Positions 49,103 to 61,845 of a stretch of 64,000 nt of DNA are shown one piece after another. The stretch spans positions 3,038,001 through 3,102,000 of the forward strand of contig JBLDXI010000032.1 in NCBI GenBank assembly GCA_047495785.1, read 5' to 3'. The stretch is from Lepidodermella squamata. Lineage: Eukaryota > Animalia > Gastrotricha. The notes under the pieces are model-generated. The model worked only from the letters and a program-made list of their open reading frames with translations, was not told the origin of the DNA and searched no databases. Within the stretch, counting starts at the first letter, position 1, and the number at the start of each line of letters is the position of its first letter. The position numbers and the translations under genes are program-made.

Positions 49103-52100
49103 CTAAATTACTTGTTTAAAACTCCGCTGACATCGGCAAGACCTTTGCAGTTGTAAAATTTCAAAATCAGCCAAGGGTGTATCATAAATCATGAGGCAAG
49201 CTATCGCCTCAGATTTCATGAGGCCAACACAACAATCCGTGTCACTCGGCGCTTTTCCTATGTAAAACCAGTGATGCGTGTCCCAGCCTGCGATGGCGCC
49301 AGGTCCTAATTCAACCGGCTCGATGACTACCCCATTTTTGCCATAAATTGTGATTGTTTGAAGTTCACCATCGAAAGTAACGGCGACGAAATTCCACCGA
49401 TCAGGAGTTATTACCCCTTCAAAAATAGCGACCACCTCGCCGAAAGGCTGGCCATTTCCGCTCCTGACCTCGAGATAACTAGGGGCGACGTAACTCAGCG
49501 CAAATTGAGGCTCGTTGTAGTAGAACATGAGAATCGGCGAATTTTGAAGCCCGCTCGTGAAAAAGTAGAAGGATATCGTGAAAGATGTAGCCTTCTTGAG
49601 GAAACCCCGAAATCCAATGTGCTTGTAGTCCTGTTTTACAGTGTAAGACCGGCCAGCGAACGGGCCTTCAATTTCCTGACTCAGCATGGCGTATTGGTGA
49701 TCAAAGTCGATTTTGAAGGCGTTTGGCCCGACGTCGTTCAGCATGTTCGTGCCATCTAGCGGCCAAAATGCGATCAAATTATTAGGCCGAGGCCAAGTTT
49801 TCCCAACAGCGTTGCAAGCTAATAAAAAAACTGGGTCAGGCATAGTGATTAAAATTTATCAACGACTCACATTCAAGGCAGAAACCGGGCTTTGACCATT
49901 TATGAGTCACCGTGTTGCAGGTTATGTAATCAGATCCATAGACTTCATACCCGGTTTTACAGCCGATTTTCAACGAGCCGGTTTTTGTCGTCTCTGTTGT
50001 GCCATTGACGATATCTGGTACAATCCCACAGCCAGGTAAACAGCTGCCAGGGGTCGTCCATAAACCTTGGCCGTAGCAAGTTATGTTTTGGGCACCGAAA
50101 AGTTCGAAACCGTAATTGCATTGAATTTTCTGATGGGAAAATCTCAAATCAGCTTTCATCTTTCAACCAGAATTTTTATTACCTGAACAGATCCTAGCCT
50201 GAAAATACGATCGTTTTCTTCTTCATAAGTTCCATTGGCGATGGGTGGTCTCTTCCCACAAACATCTACGAGAAAAATTAGGTGAATAGAAAATCGTGGG
50301 AAAATGTGAGGAGTTACCAATTTCCACGCAAGGTATCTCAGGAACAGTCCACTCGGCACTTGAGGCACAGGTGATTGTTTGATCGCTAAACAGCATGAAG
50401 CCAGGTTTGCATCCAATCAAACGCTTGGCTCCAATGTAATTTTCCCCAGCTCCAACGAAACCATTAGCGATCTCAGGCAAGTCCTTGCAATCTAATGTCA
50501 CAATTCAAGTAGATGGAGATCAACTGAGGAATTATTCGGCGGCTTACATTTCACACATTGGCCCGCTTTGGACCATGCGCTGGTAGATAGACAGACTATA
50601 CTATCGGGGCCATAGAGTGAGTATCCTTCGTCGCATTTCAACATTCGCTCAGAGCCGAGACCGTAGCTGCCTGACTCGATAAAATTACCATTTTTGACAC
50701 GAGGAGGGTCTCCACAAACTGAAATTGTTCAGAAAATAAAGATTTAATTCAATTATTCCGAATTAAATTGACCTCTGTGGCAATGGCCGAATCTTGCACT
50801 CCATTCTCCACTTTCCATGCAATGGCTAATAAAGGCAAATAGATTAAATTAATTTTGAATTTTCAAGCTTATTTTACCTAGCCGACATGTCGTAAGTAAC
50901 TGCAAAACCAGTGTTGCAGACCAAACTGACTTCAGTCCCAGGCAATACGAAATCGTTAGTTATAACACGTCCATCTGCGTAATACCGGCCATGGGTTACC
51001 ATCGGAAGCTGGCAAGCAACACGCTGAAAAGACGAAAAAAGTTATAAAAAAATTAAAATGCGGAAAAGAAATCCACCTTAAAAGTGCAAAGCGGCAATAT
51101 TTTCGAATTCGCCATGAGAGCTCTCTCAAAATCTAGGTCAATCCTATTCATAGTTGTAGGTCCTCTAGTTGTGACTGCTTTCGAGGTCATCAACATTTTT
51201 GTTGTTTCGGGCAAGTCAGTCGTTGTCATATTCGGAGTTGTCACGATAGATTTGGTGGTTTCCGGCTGTTCGGTGGTAGTTAGCTCAATAAGAGTCGTGT
51301 CGATTATTTCCGTCGAAGTTGGAGCAGCTGTCGTTGTAGTCAGGGCTTCAGTTGTCGAAATCACTGGCGAATTTGTCGTCGTAGTGCTAGTTGTCGTAGT
51401 CGTAGTCGTTGTTTTCGCCTTTTTCGTCGTCGGTTTAGTTGGTTTTTTCGTTGTCGTTGGTTTCGTCATTTTTTTAGGTGTGGTCTTGATAGTCGCCTCT
51501 GTTTCCTGCTCTTGTTCACTTTTATCCGGCCGATCTGGCGGGGTCGATTGGTAGGACTGATAGGTTTTCACGGATGGCCGGCGACACACTCCGATTGTCT
51601 GCGACCAATAGCCACCATCTAGGCAAACAGCACTCCCGCCGCCGTGGATAAAAAATCCCGGCCGGCAGCGTAACGAAATTTCAGTCCCCTAAAATTGAAA
51701 TCAATTTGTGGACAAACAAATTTAATAATAAAGAAAATTAAATTTACGTAGGTTACGTAGTTTGAAATAATTTCAACATCATCCGAAGTTCTGAACTCGC
51801 CGTTTGGTGGTATAGGAACTGGGCACTAAGTTTGAACATTTTGAATTTTTTTATAAAATAATTATTGGGAAATTACATATTTAGGCGAATTTCCTTTGTA
51901 ACAGGTGCCAAAGGTGTGTAGCCACTGTCCTCGCCTCAAGCAAATCGAATGATTAGAACCGTGTTTCATGTGAAAACCAGGGAAGCAGGTTATTTCGATC
52001 TGAAATTATGCGGTAATTAGAAATAATTCAATTTAGGACATCGAGCTTGATTACCTTTGTACCCGGTGGCACGTAACTTGGCGCGCTGGTTCCGTTATTG

Positions 52101-52297
52101 AGCATAATAATTGAGTTTTCTATCACTGGAGTTTCGCATTTCATTTTGAGACCTCTTAGTTCCTGGTATAATAAAAATAAATAATTGATAATTTGAAGAA
52201 ATTGACTCAAAATTACCGAGTCTATCGACTTGGCTTGGAAGGCGCCTAAAATAGCGTAAGTTAGAGCTAGATAACCAATCCACTTCGTCTCGGCCAT
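49103..52297 (-). CDS. Secreted multi-sushi (CCP) protein: 2 sushi + Thr-rich stalk + 5 sushi + C-terminal LamG/pentraxin-like domain
   Basis: Signal peptide MAETKWIGYLALTYAILG. Seven C..P...NG...C..G(F/Y)...C...W...C units across many short exons. Thr/Lys/Pro stalk ~51130-51560. Terminal domain LIAFWPLDG...SFTISFYF...WNFVAVTFDG...CLMIYD. No TM. Confidence 0.85.
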
Positions 52298-52682
52298 AAC
52301 TATTATGAGTAATATTATCGAAATCACAGAATGGAGGCGGTATAGCCGCCATGTGGCAAGATGTTTACGAGCGCGGAAAAACAACAGCAAAAAACATTCA
52401 ATTACCTGCCAGCCATAAACCTATATTGCAGGTTGAAATCGATGCTATTTTTGCGACTCGGGTTTGTTCAAACAACAACAAGAGGGCAACAACGGCTCTG
52501 GGGTGAAATTTTAAATTTTTGTTTGCACTTGCCTTGTGACTTAAAACGTCAATTGCAGCAGTAATGTCCTATATACCCTACCCACATAAAAATCAATCCA
52601 CCAGCACAGGTGATTCATCATATTAATAAACGGTCAAAAGACAATTTTAATTTTTTTTTAAACTCCATTTATTCACAAAAAA

Positions 52683-53957
52683 TCATGACTGTGTTGTTAC
52701 CATAATGTAAAAAGTAGCACTAGAGACCACACTTAGTAGGAGCACAAAGGCAAACGCGATTATATCTGCAAGTCTGTTGGCCGGTATTGATTTCAAGCCG
52801 AAAGCCCTCACAGGTTTAGAACCCGATTCAGACTTGGCCCAGGAAAGAGATATGACCGAGTATAACGTGCAGCAGATTCCATTGACAAATTGAATGGATA
52901 TGTATATGAGGACCAAAGCCGGCTCAGCTGAACTCGGCATAGATGTCTGGATCAAATTCAGCAAGAGGAGAAATGCCATTACGATGGTTGCATTGTAATA
53001 TGCTCGATTTGAGTCCTGCGGGGAAATTCCTTTGAAAGAAATCGTAAGTTTATCACGTTGTATCAAATGTTAAGGTGACAACTAACCAATAAAAGAGAGT
53101 TGTAGTAGCATGAGGCTTATGCAGGGTAAAAATATTGTCAGCCAATATGCTGCTGGCTTGCGCCGAAATCTCATACGGAATTCAACGCGACTGAATGTCC
53201 CAATATCTGGAAAGCTGTCCACCGTGACGTTCTGTGTCATGTCCAAAAATTCCCAAACCACTGAATGCGAGATAAAGTCCGGGTAAGGCATTGAGCTAGC
53301 GTCAGCGATGAAAACAACGTTCATGTCCTGAACAAGTTCGAAATCTGCCCGACAGCCGTCTTGAGTGTCGAAAGGAAAATAACGAAAATCCAGAGTGCCT
53401 TAAAAAATTCGCAGGATTAATTAATCAAATTGAAAAGTGAAATCGATACAATGCATCGAGAGAGATAAGAAATTGACCCAAAGTTGGCGCCCATCAGATC
53501 GCAGCTTCATATAACTTTGCTCTCGGTTTGACCTTGATCTTTTATAATTAATCGGGGTAATTAGCCAGCAAGAAGAAACTTACGTAGGGCTAAGGACGAC
53601 ATCGTCCACGGCAGTGTAGTGTAGGAAATCTGGGTTCCACAGGCCATCTACAGAATGGTACAACGTTATATTTCCCAGCTCGCCATCCCAGTTGTCCTTG
53701 ATGCAGGAATTGTACCACGAAGGAGTCAAAGCGCAGATCATACTCAGTGTTTCTTCGATTTCGGATAGTTTCAGAAAGCGTATGGCTTCGAACTGAAGTT
53801 TCACAGCAAGAGGTGATTTATAGCGTGTCGGCGGTTCTTTACTGTTCAAGCGACATTTCGTGACCAGGTGATCGAACAGCGCAACTTCACTCTGAGGATC
53901 GCCGTCGTCATAAGATGACGCGTAGGCCACGGTGAAGACCAATGTTAATAGGAACAT
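52683..53957 (-). CDS. Divergent Cys-loop channel subunit (pLGIC-9)
   Basis: Four exons; LWNPD; spliced Cys-loop CTLDFRYFPFDTQDGC; M1-M2 SPQDSNRAYYN. Confidence 0.9.
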
Positions 53958-54693
53958 CTTCTAAGTATAATATGCGATAACTGAATGAAGAAATACAAGA
54001 CTTTGACCAAATGAAGTGCGATCGAATCACGAGCGATATAGAGCCAATGCCAATATTTACTTAACACATTGCGCTTTTTTTTAAATTAAATCGCAAACGC
54101 GACGAATATAGACTTAAATCAACAAAACACGTATCAAATGGGTTTTTTCAAGTTGGAAATTTTAATAATTGCCATAATAATTGCTCAATTCCGGGCCCAT
54201 ATTAGTTCCGCTCGGCCCCCAAGCGTCGGTTGCGCAATCTGAATGTAAAAAAGGACTTGGCGGAAAACGTTAAATCGAAATTGTTCCAAACAAAATGTTG
54301 GCTGCGCGCGCTGATGTCAAAGGGCTGTTTTCGAATATCTAAGCAGTTTTTATTCCAAAATAAAGCACAAATAACTATCTATCAAAGGAATACGGGTTTA
54401 TCGCTAGAAATATTAAAATGGTTATGATCACCGCGCGAAATGAGAATTGAGAGTGCGCGTGAAACTTTTTTATTTTAATTTTTGTCGCGCGAGAACGCCA
54501 TATTTGCCCTTTGATTTTACCGCACGCGGTCTTGAAATTTCTAAAATTGTCAACTTGGCGTTCTCGAACAAGTCAACTTTTACCCTCGGATTGCGCAACC
54601 GACGCATGCTGAGTCCGAACGGAACTAATATGGGCCCGGCATTGACCACAAAAGTTAATTTCGATCAATCAATCATCAATCAATCATGACAAT

Positions 54694-54848
54694 TAAATTG
54701 TCGACCCAATGGAAGAGGCCAGCAAAACGCTGAAGAAAAACATATCAATAAGATTAATCGCCTTGATGTATTAGTGTCCTTTCAGACCAGCTCTCATGTT
54801 CGCCGATATTTTGGAATTTGGAAATGGAACGATGTAACTGAAGTAGAT
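54694..54848 (-). pseudogene. Remnant of the M3-M4 end of a minus-strand-subfamily Cys-loop channel
   Basis: Translates IYFSYIVPFPNSKISANMRAGLKGH*YIKAINLIDMFFFSVLLASSIGSTI*, aligning to pLGIC-13/14 (IYSIYVIPFANS...AIGLLD...SVISTI), with an internal stop. Confidence 0.65.
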
Positions 54849-55312
54849 GTATCAGGGTACAGCGACAACTCAGCAATTCCTTTCGAATTCGGATGACTAA
54901 TCATGGATGCCTAAGTGGCCCGACCCAGCCTCATTTCATCTGCTAATAGCAGTTTCTGCAATGGCCAACGTTGGGTTATGCGTTGAGTCAAGTTATTATA
55001 GTCTTGATTTGAATTTGTTGGCTTCACGCTGGAATTTAAATAATTTACCGAGTGGATCGAACTTTTTTGAAGGATAAGAGACCATTCGAGGCCGAGCTAG
55101 ATTTAACATGCCGATAATATTTACTCTGGCCGATTCGAAGTCGATCCTGCGACCATTAAGTCAGATTTTTGTTGAGTCAACATGAAGCAGCTGCTGCTTG
55201 TTATTGATCAAAAAGAGCCTCAGATTTGCCATAACCTGCAAGAGAACGATCAACGTCATACGCTCAGTGGCATTGCCTTCTAGTCGTTATTTGGTAATTC
55301 GCGGTGCGTCAA

Positions 55313-56497
55313 ATGGCTTTTCCAGCCCTCATAACATTTCTGTTGGTAATCCTGAAAGCTCAAGGTGATGATCAGTTCAAAAATGAGACAGTGTTTGAGC
55401 GACTGAGCGCGCGATTTTTCAACCTATGCCCAGCTGCCCGATCTAAATACCTGCCGCTTGATGTGCTGAAATACAACAGCATGCAAGGCAAAACGAGCAG
55501 CGACCGCTTTCTAACGGTCAACATCATTGCATCTTTCTACCGCTTCATCGAGATCAACGATGTAGATAGGCGGCTTTCGATGATGGCGGAAGTGCGATAC
55601 TATTGGAGTTTCCCGTGCCCTGCTTTCACCTGCGATCAACTATTGGAAGGCGATGACAGGGCCGTTTGCAGCTATCCAGATCTACATTTTTTCGTATCCC
55701 CAACCACCATATGGTACCCAGTCCTAACTCATATCAATGCATTTGAGAAAGCACGGCCTACTGACGATGATATCGCAGCTATTCCCATGTGGATCTATCC
55801 TCGCTTGTCAACTGGATTCTGGTCATTTTTCGCCAGGTTCGATTCGACCTGCAGGTCCTTTCAGTTCACCAAATTCCCATTTGATACGTTGAACTGTTCG
55901 TTGATGATGGAAACTGATGACCCAATTGTCTTGTATTGGCCTCTGGAAATGAAGCTCCAAGAAACTCGCAGTGCCAGCTTCATAAAAAATGTTGAGCTTT
56001 GGCAGTTGTTAGCAATGGCCCCTCGCGTAGAAATGATCTCTGACCACGACAGCTCTTTTTGCCGAGTGTATTTCTCAATGTTGTACCGACGTAAGCCTTA
56101 TTACTACGTTTGCAACATGTTCCTACCAACTCTTCTGCTTTTCGTCGTCCAAATCGTATCGCTATGTGTTCATCCAGACTCTGGCGAAAGATCAATCTTG
56201 TGCATTACCGTTATGCTGGCTTACACTGTCATTTTAACAATGATTTATGATCAGATCCCGCGAACGTCAGAGCCTGTTTACTTGGTCTACATGGTAGTGA
56301 CAAAATTCGCCTGTGGCGCGGTTATCACTATCTACATGCTGATCATTTGGCAAATTGCCAAAAATAACAAGCTGAAACTAAAAAAAATATTCAATGTAAA
56401 CGCTATCCGCTTTGCCGATATTATTGTTGCAAGTCTATCTTTTTTAGCTATCGCTATCTCTGACATTGTCTATTTTACATTGATGGCCAGTGGCTAA
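55313..56497 (+). CDS. Intronless divergent Cys-loop channel subunit (pLGIC-10)
   Basis: Signal peptide from MAFPALITFLL; IWYP; CRSFQFTKFPFDTLNC; cation-type PDSGER; 4 TM. Confidence 0.93.
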   Translation: MAFPALITFLLVILKAQGDDQFKNETVFERLSARFFNLCPAARSKYLPLDVLKYNSMQGKTSSDRFLTVNIIASFYRFIEINDVDRRLSMMAEVRYYWSFPCPAFTCDQLLEGDDRAVCSYPDLHFFVSPTTIWYPVLTHINAFEKARPTDDDIAAIPMWIYPRLSTGFWSFFARFDSTCRSFQFTKFPFDTLNCSLMMETDDPIVLYWPLEMKLQETRSASFIKNVELWQLLAMAPRVEMISDHDSSFCRVYFSMLYRRKPYYYVCNMFLPTLLLFVVQIVSLCVHPDSGERSILCITVMLAYTVILTMIYDQIPRTSEPVYLVYMVVTKFACGAVITIYMLIIWQIAKNNKLKLKKIFNVNAIRFADIIVASLSFLAIAISDIVYFTLMASG

Positions 56498-56914
56498 AGT
56501 GAATTTGTTAAATCTGGGGAATTAGAGCAAGGAACGACCCACGTGCACTTTTCGGCAGTTTGTTTGAGTTGAATAAAAACACGCCCTCGGCTTCCTGTTT
56601 CGAAGTTTTTGCTATAACATCCATCCAGGCAGTTACAGAAGCAAATTGTAGACCTAATTTCAGACCGGAAACAGGTTAAATTGTCATGGAAAATATGCCC
56701 TAATTTTGGAAGGCTAATAGCTCTAGAATCTATGCTACGCTTGCTAATGCTAATGGCAAATTATGCGTATTCCTATTTTTGGCGAGTCGTATGTTTGCAA
56801 ATCCTGAATGCTCCACCATACCCTGCCAGCTTCGCTTGCCAAGCAAATAAACTTTTAACGAAGTCGGCATTCCGATCAATAGATCGTTTGATAGTGGGTA
56901 TGCTTGGATGCGGA

Positions 56915-57140
56915 ACAATTCGGCCAGTTATGGACAGCGCATTTAGTTTTCCACATAATTTTCATGGAAGCCATAATCGAAAGCGTTGATCTGTCTCGGA
57001 AAGTTTCGATATCGTATCGCAATACATTGAAGGGTCTTTGCCGATGTCTCCATCCGGTAGATCTAAACTGCAAGCCTTGTCAAAGTCATGAAACGAGGGT
57101 GAAAGCGCACAGTAGATAGACACCAATGTTACGATAAGTT
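56915..57140 (-). pseudogene. Frameshifted remnant of exon 1 of a minus-strand-subfamily Cys-loop channel
   Basis: One frame gives LIVTLVSIYCALSPSFHDFDKACSLD...KLSETDQ; after a 1-nt shift it gives TLSIMASMKIMWKTKCAVHNWP. Compare pLGIC-11: FDDLVATCKLD...KLSEIDQTLSIMAAVGISWIDPCVAKNW. Confidence 0.75.
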
Positions 57141-57244
57141 CACCTGGCTGTATAATTGCGAGAATGATTTGGAATTCGTAGATTTGCGCACCAATTTCAA
57201 ACTGTAATAAGCTGTTTTCGTCTCTCCACATTTTACTCAAATTA

Positions 57245-58534
57245 CTATAAAATGTTTGCTGTTGGTTTTTCATCATCAACAAGCATCATCGACATCAGAA
57301 TGATCGTTGAATCCACGGAAAAAATGAATAAAAAGCAAAACGCTATCAAGTCACATAGTCTAATCAAAGTAATGCTCGTTTTTGTTGAAATTCTAATTTT
57401 TCTAGCCGATTTTTTCGAATGTGCGAACGGTATCACGCATATCGAGTATAGGGTACATGTCCCGCTGATGAATAATTGAATGGTCGTAAAGGTGATAATC
57501 AGCACTTGTTGCGAGGTGATAGGTAGCTGTGAACTGATGAGAGTTAACAGCAGGAAGAAAGTCATGAAAATCGTCGCGCAATAAATTGGCCTGTCCGGAC
57601 TTCCTGGCGGTAAACCTGCCAAAAAAAAGGCGTAGTCACAAGAATTTTTTACTGAAATTTCTTACCAACAAAACTCAGTTGAAGCACCATTAGGCAGAAA
57701 CATGGGCTGAGGTGACTCAACCAATACGGATAGGACTTTCGCTTGAAAGTGAAGCGGAAGTGGGCATTGCTGAAATTCAGCTTTTTTATTTTAAGGTGGC
57801 CGATTTCGCCACTCAGCTTCTCCAGTTCCCAAATGCCGGACGGTGGCATGAATGTTTCGTAAGAGAACACAGTGAAATCAGTGATGTTAATGATTTTAGT
57901 GTTATCGAGAATCTCCATGGTGGAGACACAGCTTTTCTGAGTGTCAAAGGGGAATTTCCGAAAGTCAAGGTCACCTAATACAAAGAGTCTTATTTATCAT
58001 TTCATAACCTGAAAAAAACAAGTTACAGTAAATATCGAGTTTCGTGAAGGTCAGCCAGGTGCATTCACCACTCGGTGAATAACGGGAATAGCTTGAATCA
58101 GCATCATCGCTATTGAAGACAACATTTTGCAGTTAAATAATTATTATAAAATTAGTTAATTACGATCTAGTCATGACGTAACGGCCCGCCGCAGTTGAGT
58201 GTAACATCTCAGGTCGCCAGAAATTTCCCGAGGGCACGGAAATTAAATCATTGCCCAACGCTGATTTTTCCCAATTTTTGGCAACGCAAGGATCTATCCA
58301 GCTAATGCCCACAGCTGCCATGATGGATAGTGTCTGATCGATTTCCGATAGCTTCAAAAATCGAATTGCGCCGAACTCTATTGATGCATTCAAAGTTTGA
58401 CCTCGACTCGCTTGCTGCCGGATGCTATCCAGCTTACACGTTGCCACCAGATCATCAAATGAGTCTCTTGAGCTGTCTTGTCCTGAACTCACATGGCATA
58501 GTAACGGAATTATGAAAAAGCAATGTAAAAACAT
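57245..58534 (-). CDS. Divergent Cys-loop channel subunit (pLGIC-11)
   Basis: Four exons; FWRPE; CDLDFRKFPFDTQKSC; PDRPIYC. Confidence 0.9.
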
Positions 58535-58742
58535 AATGTCGCAATTAGCAATATGTTACTCACTCGAAAATGTTGGCAGATAGCTGACAGCTGAATAAAG
58601 ATCATGAATCACTAAAGCTTTAGCCGTTTACGACACCATAACGTATCATGTCACTTTCGCCCTGTGAAGTGATCCTGAGCAGTAAAAAATTTGTGGCTAT
58701 TAAAAACAGATAATCAACCAAAATTCCCTCTTTTTTATTTAT

Positions 58743-60035
58743 TTATTCTTCAGTAGCACCTACAACATCTTCGCTCATCATTAACCAAAATACCGCAATT
58801 GTCGAAATAATGGAGAAGCCCATTAAGACGAAAAACACAATAAAATCAAGCAAAGATATCAAAGTCAGTTCCATTGAACGAAGCACGTAGACTTTATGAG
58901 CAGCTCTCTGAGCGATAGGTAGCGTATAGATCGCGTACATCGTGCAGGAAGCTCCGACGAAAAGATGCATGGTGATAAAATCAACGATGAGAACTCGCTG
59001 CGAGCTGGCTGGTATCAACGAGCTCGTGAGCGTTAACATCAAGAAGAATGTCATGAAAATTGTCGCACAATAAATCGGCCGATCAGCAGAGTTGGCCGGT
59101 AAAGCTGGAAAAGGTTGATGAGATGAATCGAAAAACGTACTTCATGGTAGCTTACCAACAAAACTGATCTGAAGAAACATTAGGCAAAAAGAGGGACCGA
59201 TTAGACTTAACCAATATCGATCGGATCTGCGCTTTAGCTTGAAAGATAATTCAACGTGGCTGAATTTCGATTCGCCATAGGTTTGAAGCAGAATGCTACT
59301 TTTGAGTGATTGCAAGTCCCAAATCGCAGCTGGCGGCATAAACGTAGGGTAAGTGAATTGCTGAACGTCAGTGATGTTGATTATCTGGGAATTGTCGAGC
59401 AATTCGAACTCTGCTACGCAACCATGCTGCGTATCGAATGGAAACTTTCGGAAGTCAAGGTCACCTGTTGCGGATAGAGGAAAGTTGATGAGTTCTTGGA
59501 ACATGACCACACAGCAACTCACAGTAAATCTCCACCGTAGTAAATGTCTGCCAAGTACATTTGCCATCGGGTCCGAATCGAGCAAAGCCAATGTTAGCTT
59601 CATCACTAAACCAATTCAATAACGAAGTTGTAAAATTCTAGGAGCAATTGCATAGACTTGCGTTCGTGTTAGAATGTACTCCCCGACCGTTGTCGGCAGC
59701 AGCAAATCCGGTCGCCAGTAATTACCCGCTGCAGTAGATACTACCTGGTCTCCCAATGCGATTCTGTCCCAATTATCAGCTACGCATCTGTTCATCCAAG
59801 TTACCCCTACCGCCGCGATAAACGATAGTGTTTGATCAATTTCGGACAGCTTCAGGAATCGAATAGCTGCGAAGCCAATGCTGACTTGCATGGTTTCATT
59901 CATTAGACGGGGCGGTGTCAGCCCATCTAGTCGGCATTTTTGTATTAAATCGCTGAGTGGATCCGCGACTTCGCTCCTGCCTGTCAGGACCAGGCTTGAG
60001 GCAGAAATGGCTAGAAAAATCCAATTCACAGGCAT
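58743..60035 (-). CDS. Divergent Cys-loop channel subunit (pLGIC-12)
   Basis: Four exons, intron 1 GC-AG (59661-59606); YWRPD; CDLDFRKFPFDTQHGC; SADRPIYC. Confidence 0.9.
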
Positions 60036-60316
60036 TGGGTTTTAGAGCAAACTGAGGAATGACCGAAATGCGTGCAAAATTGCGCCGATTTGTCATTGCC
60101 AGGCAGCTGAATTGATACTATAGTTCACTGTTTACGCCAGCGAATGACTCTGATGTAGAGAGCAAATGGACATTTCCTAAATCCGCAATGTCGGGGTACA
60201 TTTTTTCTCACGGAAGATGTCTTCAAAATTTAGATCATTTAAAAGCTTAGCAAACATCTGAGTTCAGGCTCATCACAACTCTACCAGAATTTGTCCACAA
60301 ACCAGTAAGTTTACTT

Positions 60317-61588
60317 TTAATCCACACTGTCGGTTAGCATCATAGAAAATACAACAATCGTCGAGATGACAGATAACCCGAGCAGTATTAGAAACACACA
60401 GACATCAAGCAGCCCTATAGCAGTCACGTCGATTCTGTCCATGAGTTTTACTTTCTTCGCAGCGGTGCGAGAATTCGCGAAGGGTATGACATAGATTGAA
60501 TAAATAGTGCATGAGACGCCGACAATCAGCTGCATGGTTATGAAATTAATGATAAGAACTTGTTGCGAAGTAACTGGCAGTGATGAACTCGTCAGCGTCA
60601 ACATCAGGAAAAAGGTCATGAAAATCGTAGCACAGTAAATTGGTCGATCAGGTGAAGCCGGCGGCAACGCTAGATTAGCAATATTTCAGCATTTGTCTTC
60701 AAATTTCAAACCCTAATATACTCACCCACGAAACTGATCTGGAGAAGCATTAGGCAAAAGCAAGGTCCAATCAGGCTCATCCAGTAAGGAGCGGATTTAC
60801 GTTTCAGCGTGAAGGTGAATTGCACGTGACTGTAGTTGTAAAGTCCTATTGGACGCAACTCAATCTTTCCGTCCAGTGATAGCATCTCCCAAATTCCAGA
60901 TGGAGGCATGAATGTCGGATATAAATACTGGTAAAAATTGGTGAAGTTGACGATATGAACGTTGTCAAGTAGCTCCAACTCTGCCATACACCCATTTTGA
61001 GTATCAAATGGAAATTTGCGGAAGTCAAGATCGCCTTGGAAAAACAAATGATTAAAGGCTCGAAAGTAATAATAACGTACAATACAGCTCTAGAGTTGTG
61101 AAGGTAAGCCAAGAGCACTTCCCATCTGGCGCGAATCGGACGAAGCCAAGGTTCGACTCGTCGCTATAAATAAAGCAATCCTGATTTCTGCCCGTTTTCT
61201 CTGTGATTTTGACTTACGATCGTGTTATGACGTACTGTCCTACTGTAGTCGTGTGCAGCAAATCCGGGCGCCAATAATAGCTAGCAGGGACGGATATTTT
61301 TTGATCACCCAATGAACTGGGCCAATTATCAGCGACACATTGATTCGGCCAGATCAACTCAACCGCAGAAATGAACGACAGCGTTTGGTCGATTTCAGAT
61401 AGCTTCAAGAAGCGTATCACAATGAAACCTATAGCTGCTGGTATGGTTCCGTTCTGAAACCGCGGGGGGCTTAGGCCATCAAGCTGGCATGTCTGTATCA
61501 GCTCATTTAGTGGGGTTGTTGCATCGCACCGACTAAGATTGTAGAGGAAAAGTAGAGAACCCACCGTTAAACTCGAGATTGAGTTCAT
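60317..61588 (-). CDS. Divergent Cys-loop channel subunit (pLGIC-13)
   Basis: Four exons; YWRPD; CDLDFRKFPFDTQNGC; PDRPIYC. Confidence 0.9.
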
Positions 61589-61845
61589 TGGAATGATGAA
61601 ACTGAATCGCGGTATTGGAGAATAAGAAAATATTTCTAGTATAGCAGCAGTTATATTGTATACTTTTAATTATTTGCTGAAGAGCGCTGAGAAAACGCTG
61701 AAAATTACAGTTGCGTAAAACCTTGCTTCCGTCAAAATGATTTATTCACATTTAATTGATGAAATCGTTATTGCTATTCATGGATGGCATTTATATAGGG
61801 TTACAAACTTCTGACCTGATTATTTAAGGTAGAGGCTATTCTATT

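Noticed and set aside
51084-51554. Val-rich 156-aa plus-strand ORF resembling a membrane protein
   Set aside because: Antisense shadow of the Thr-rich stalk of the sushi protein.
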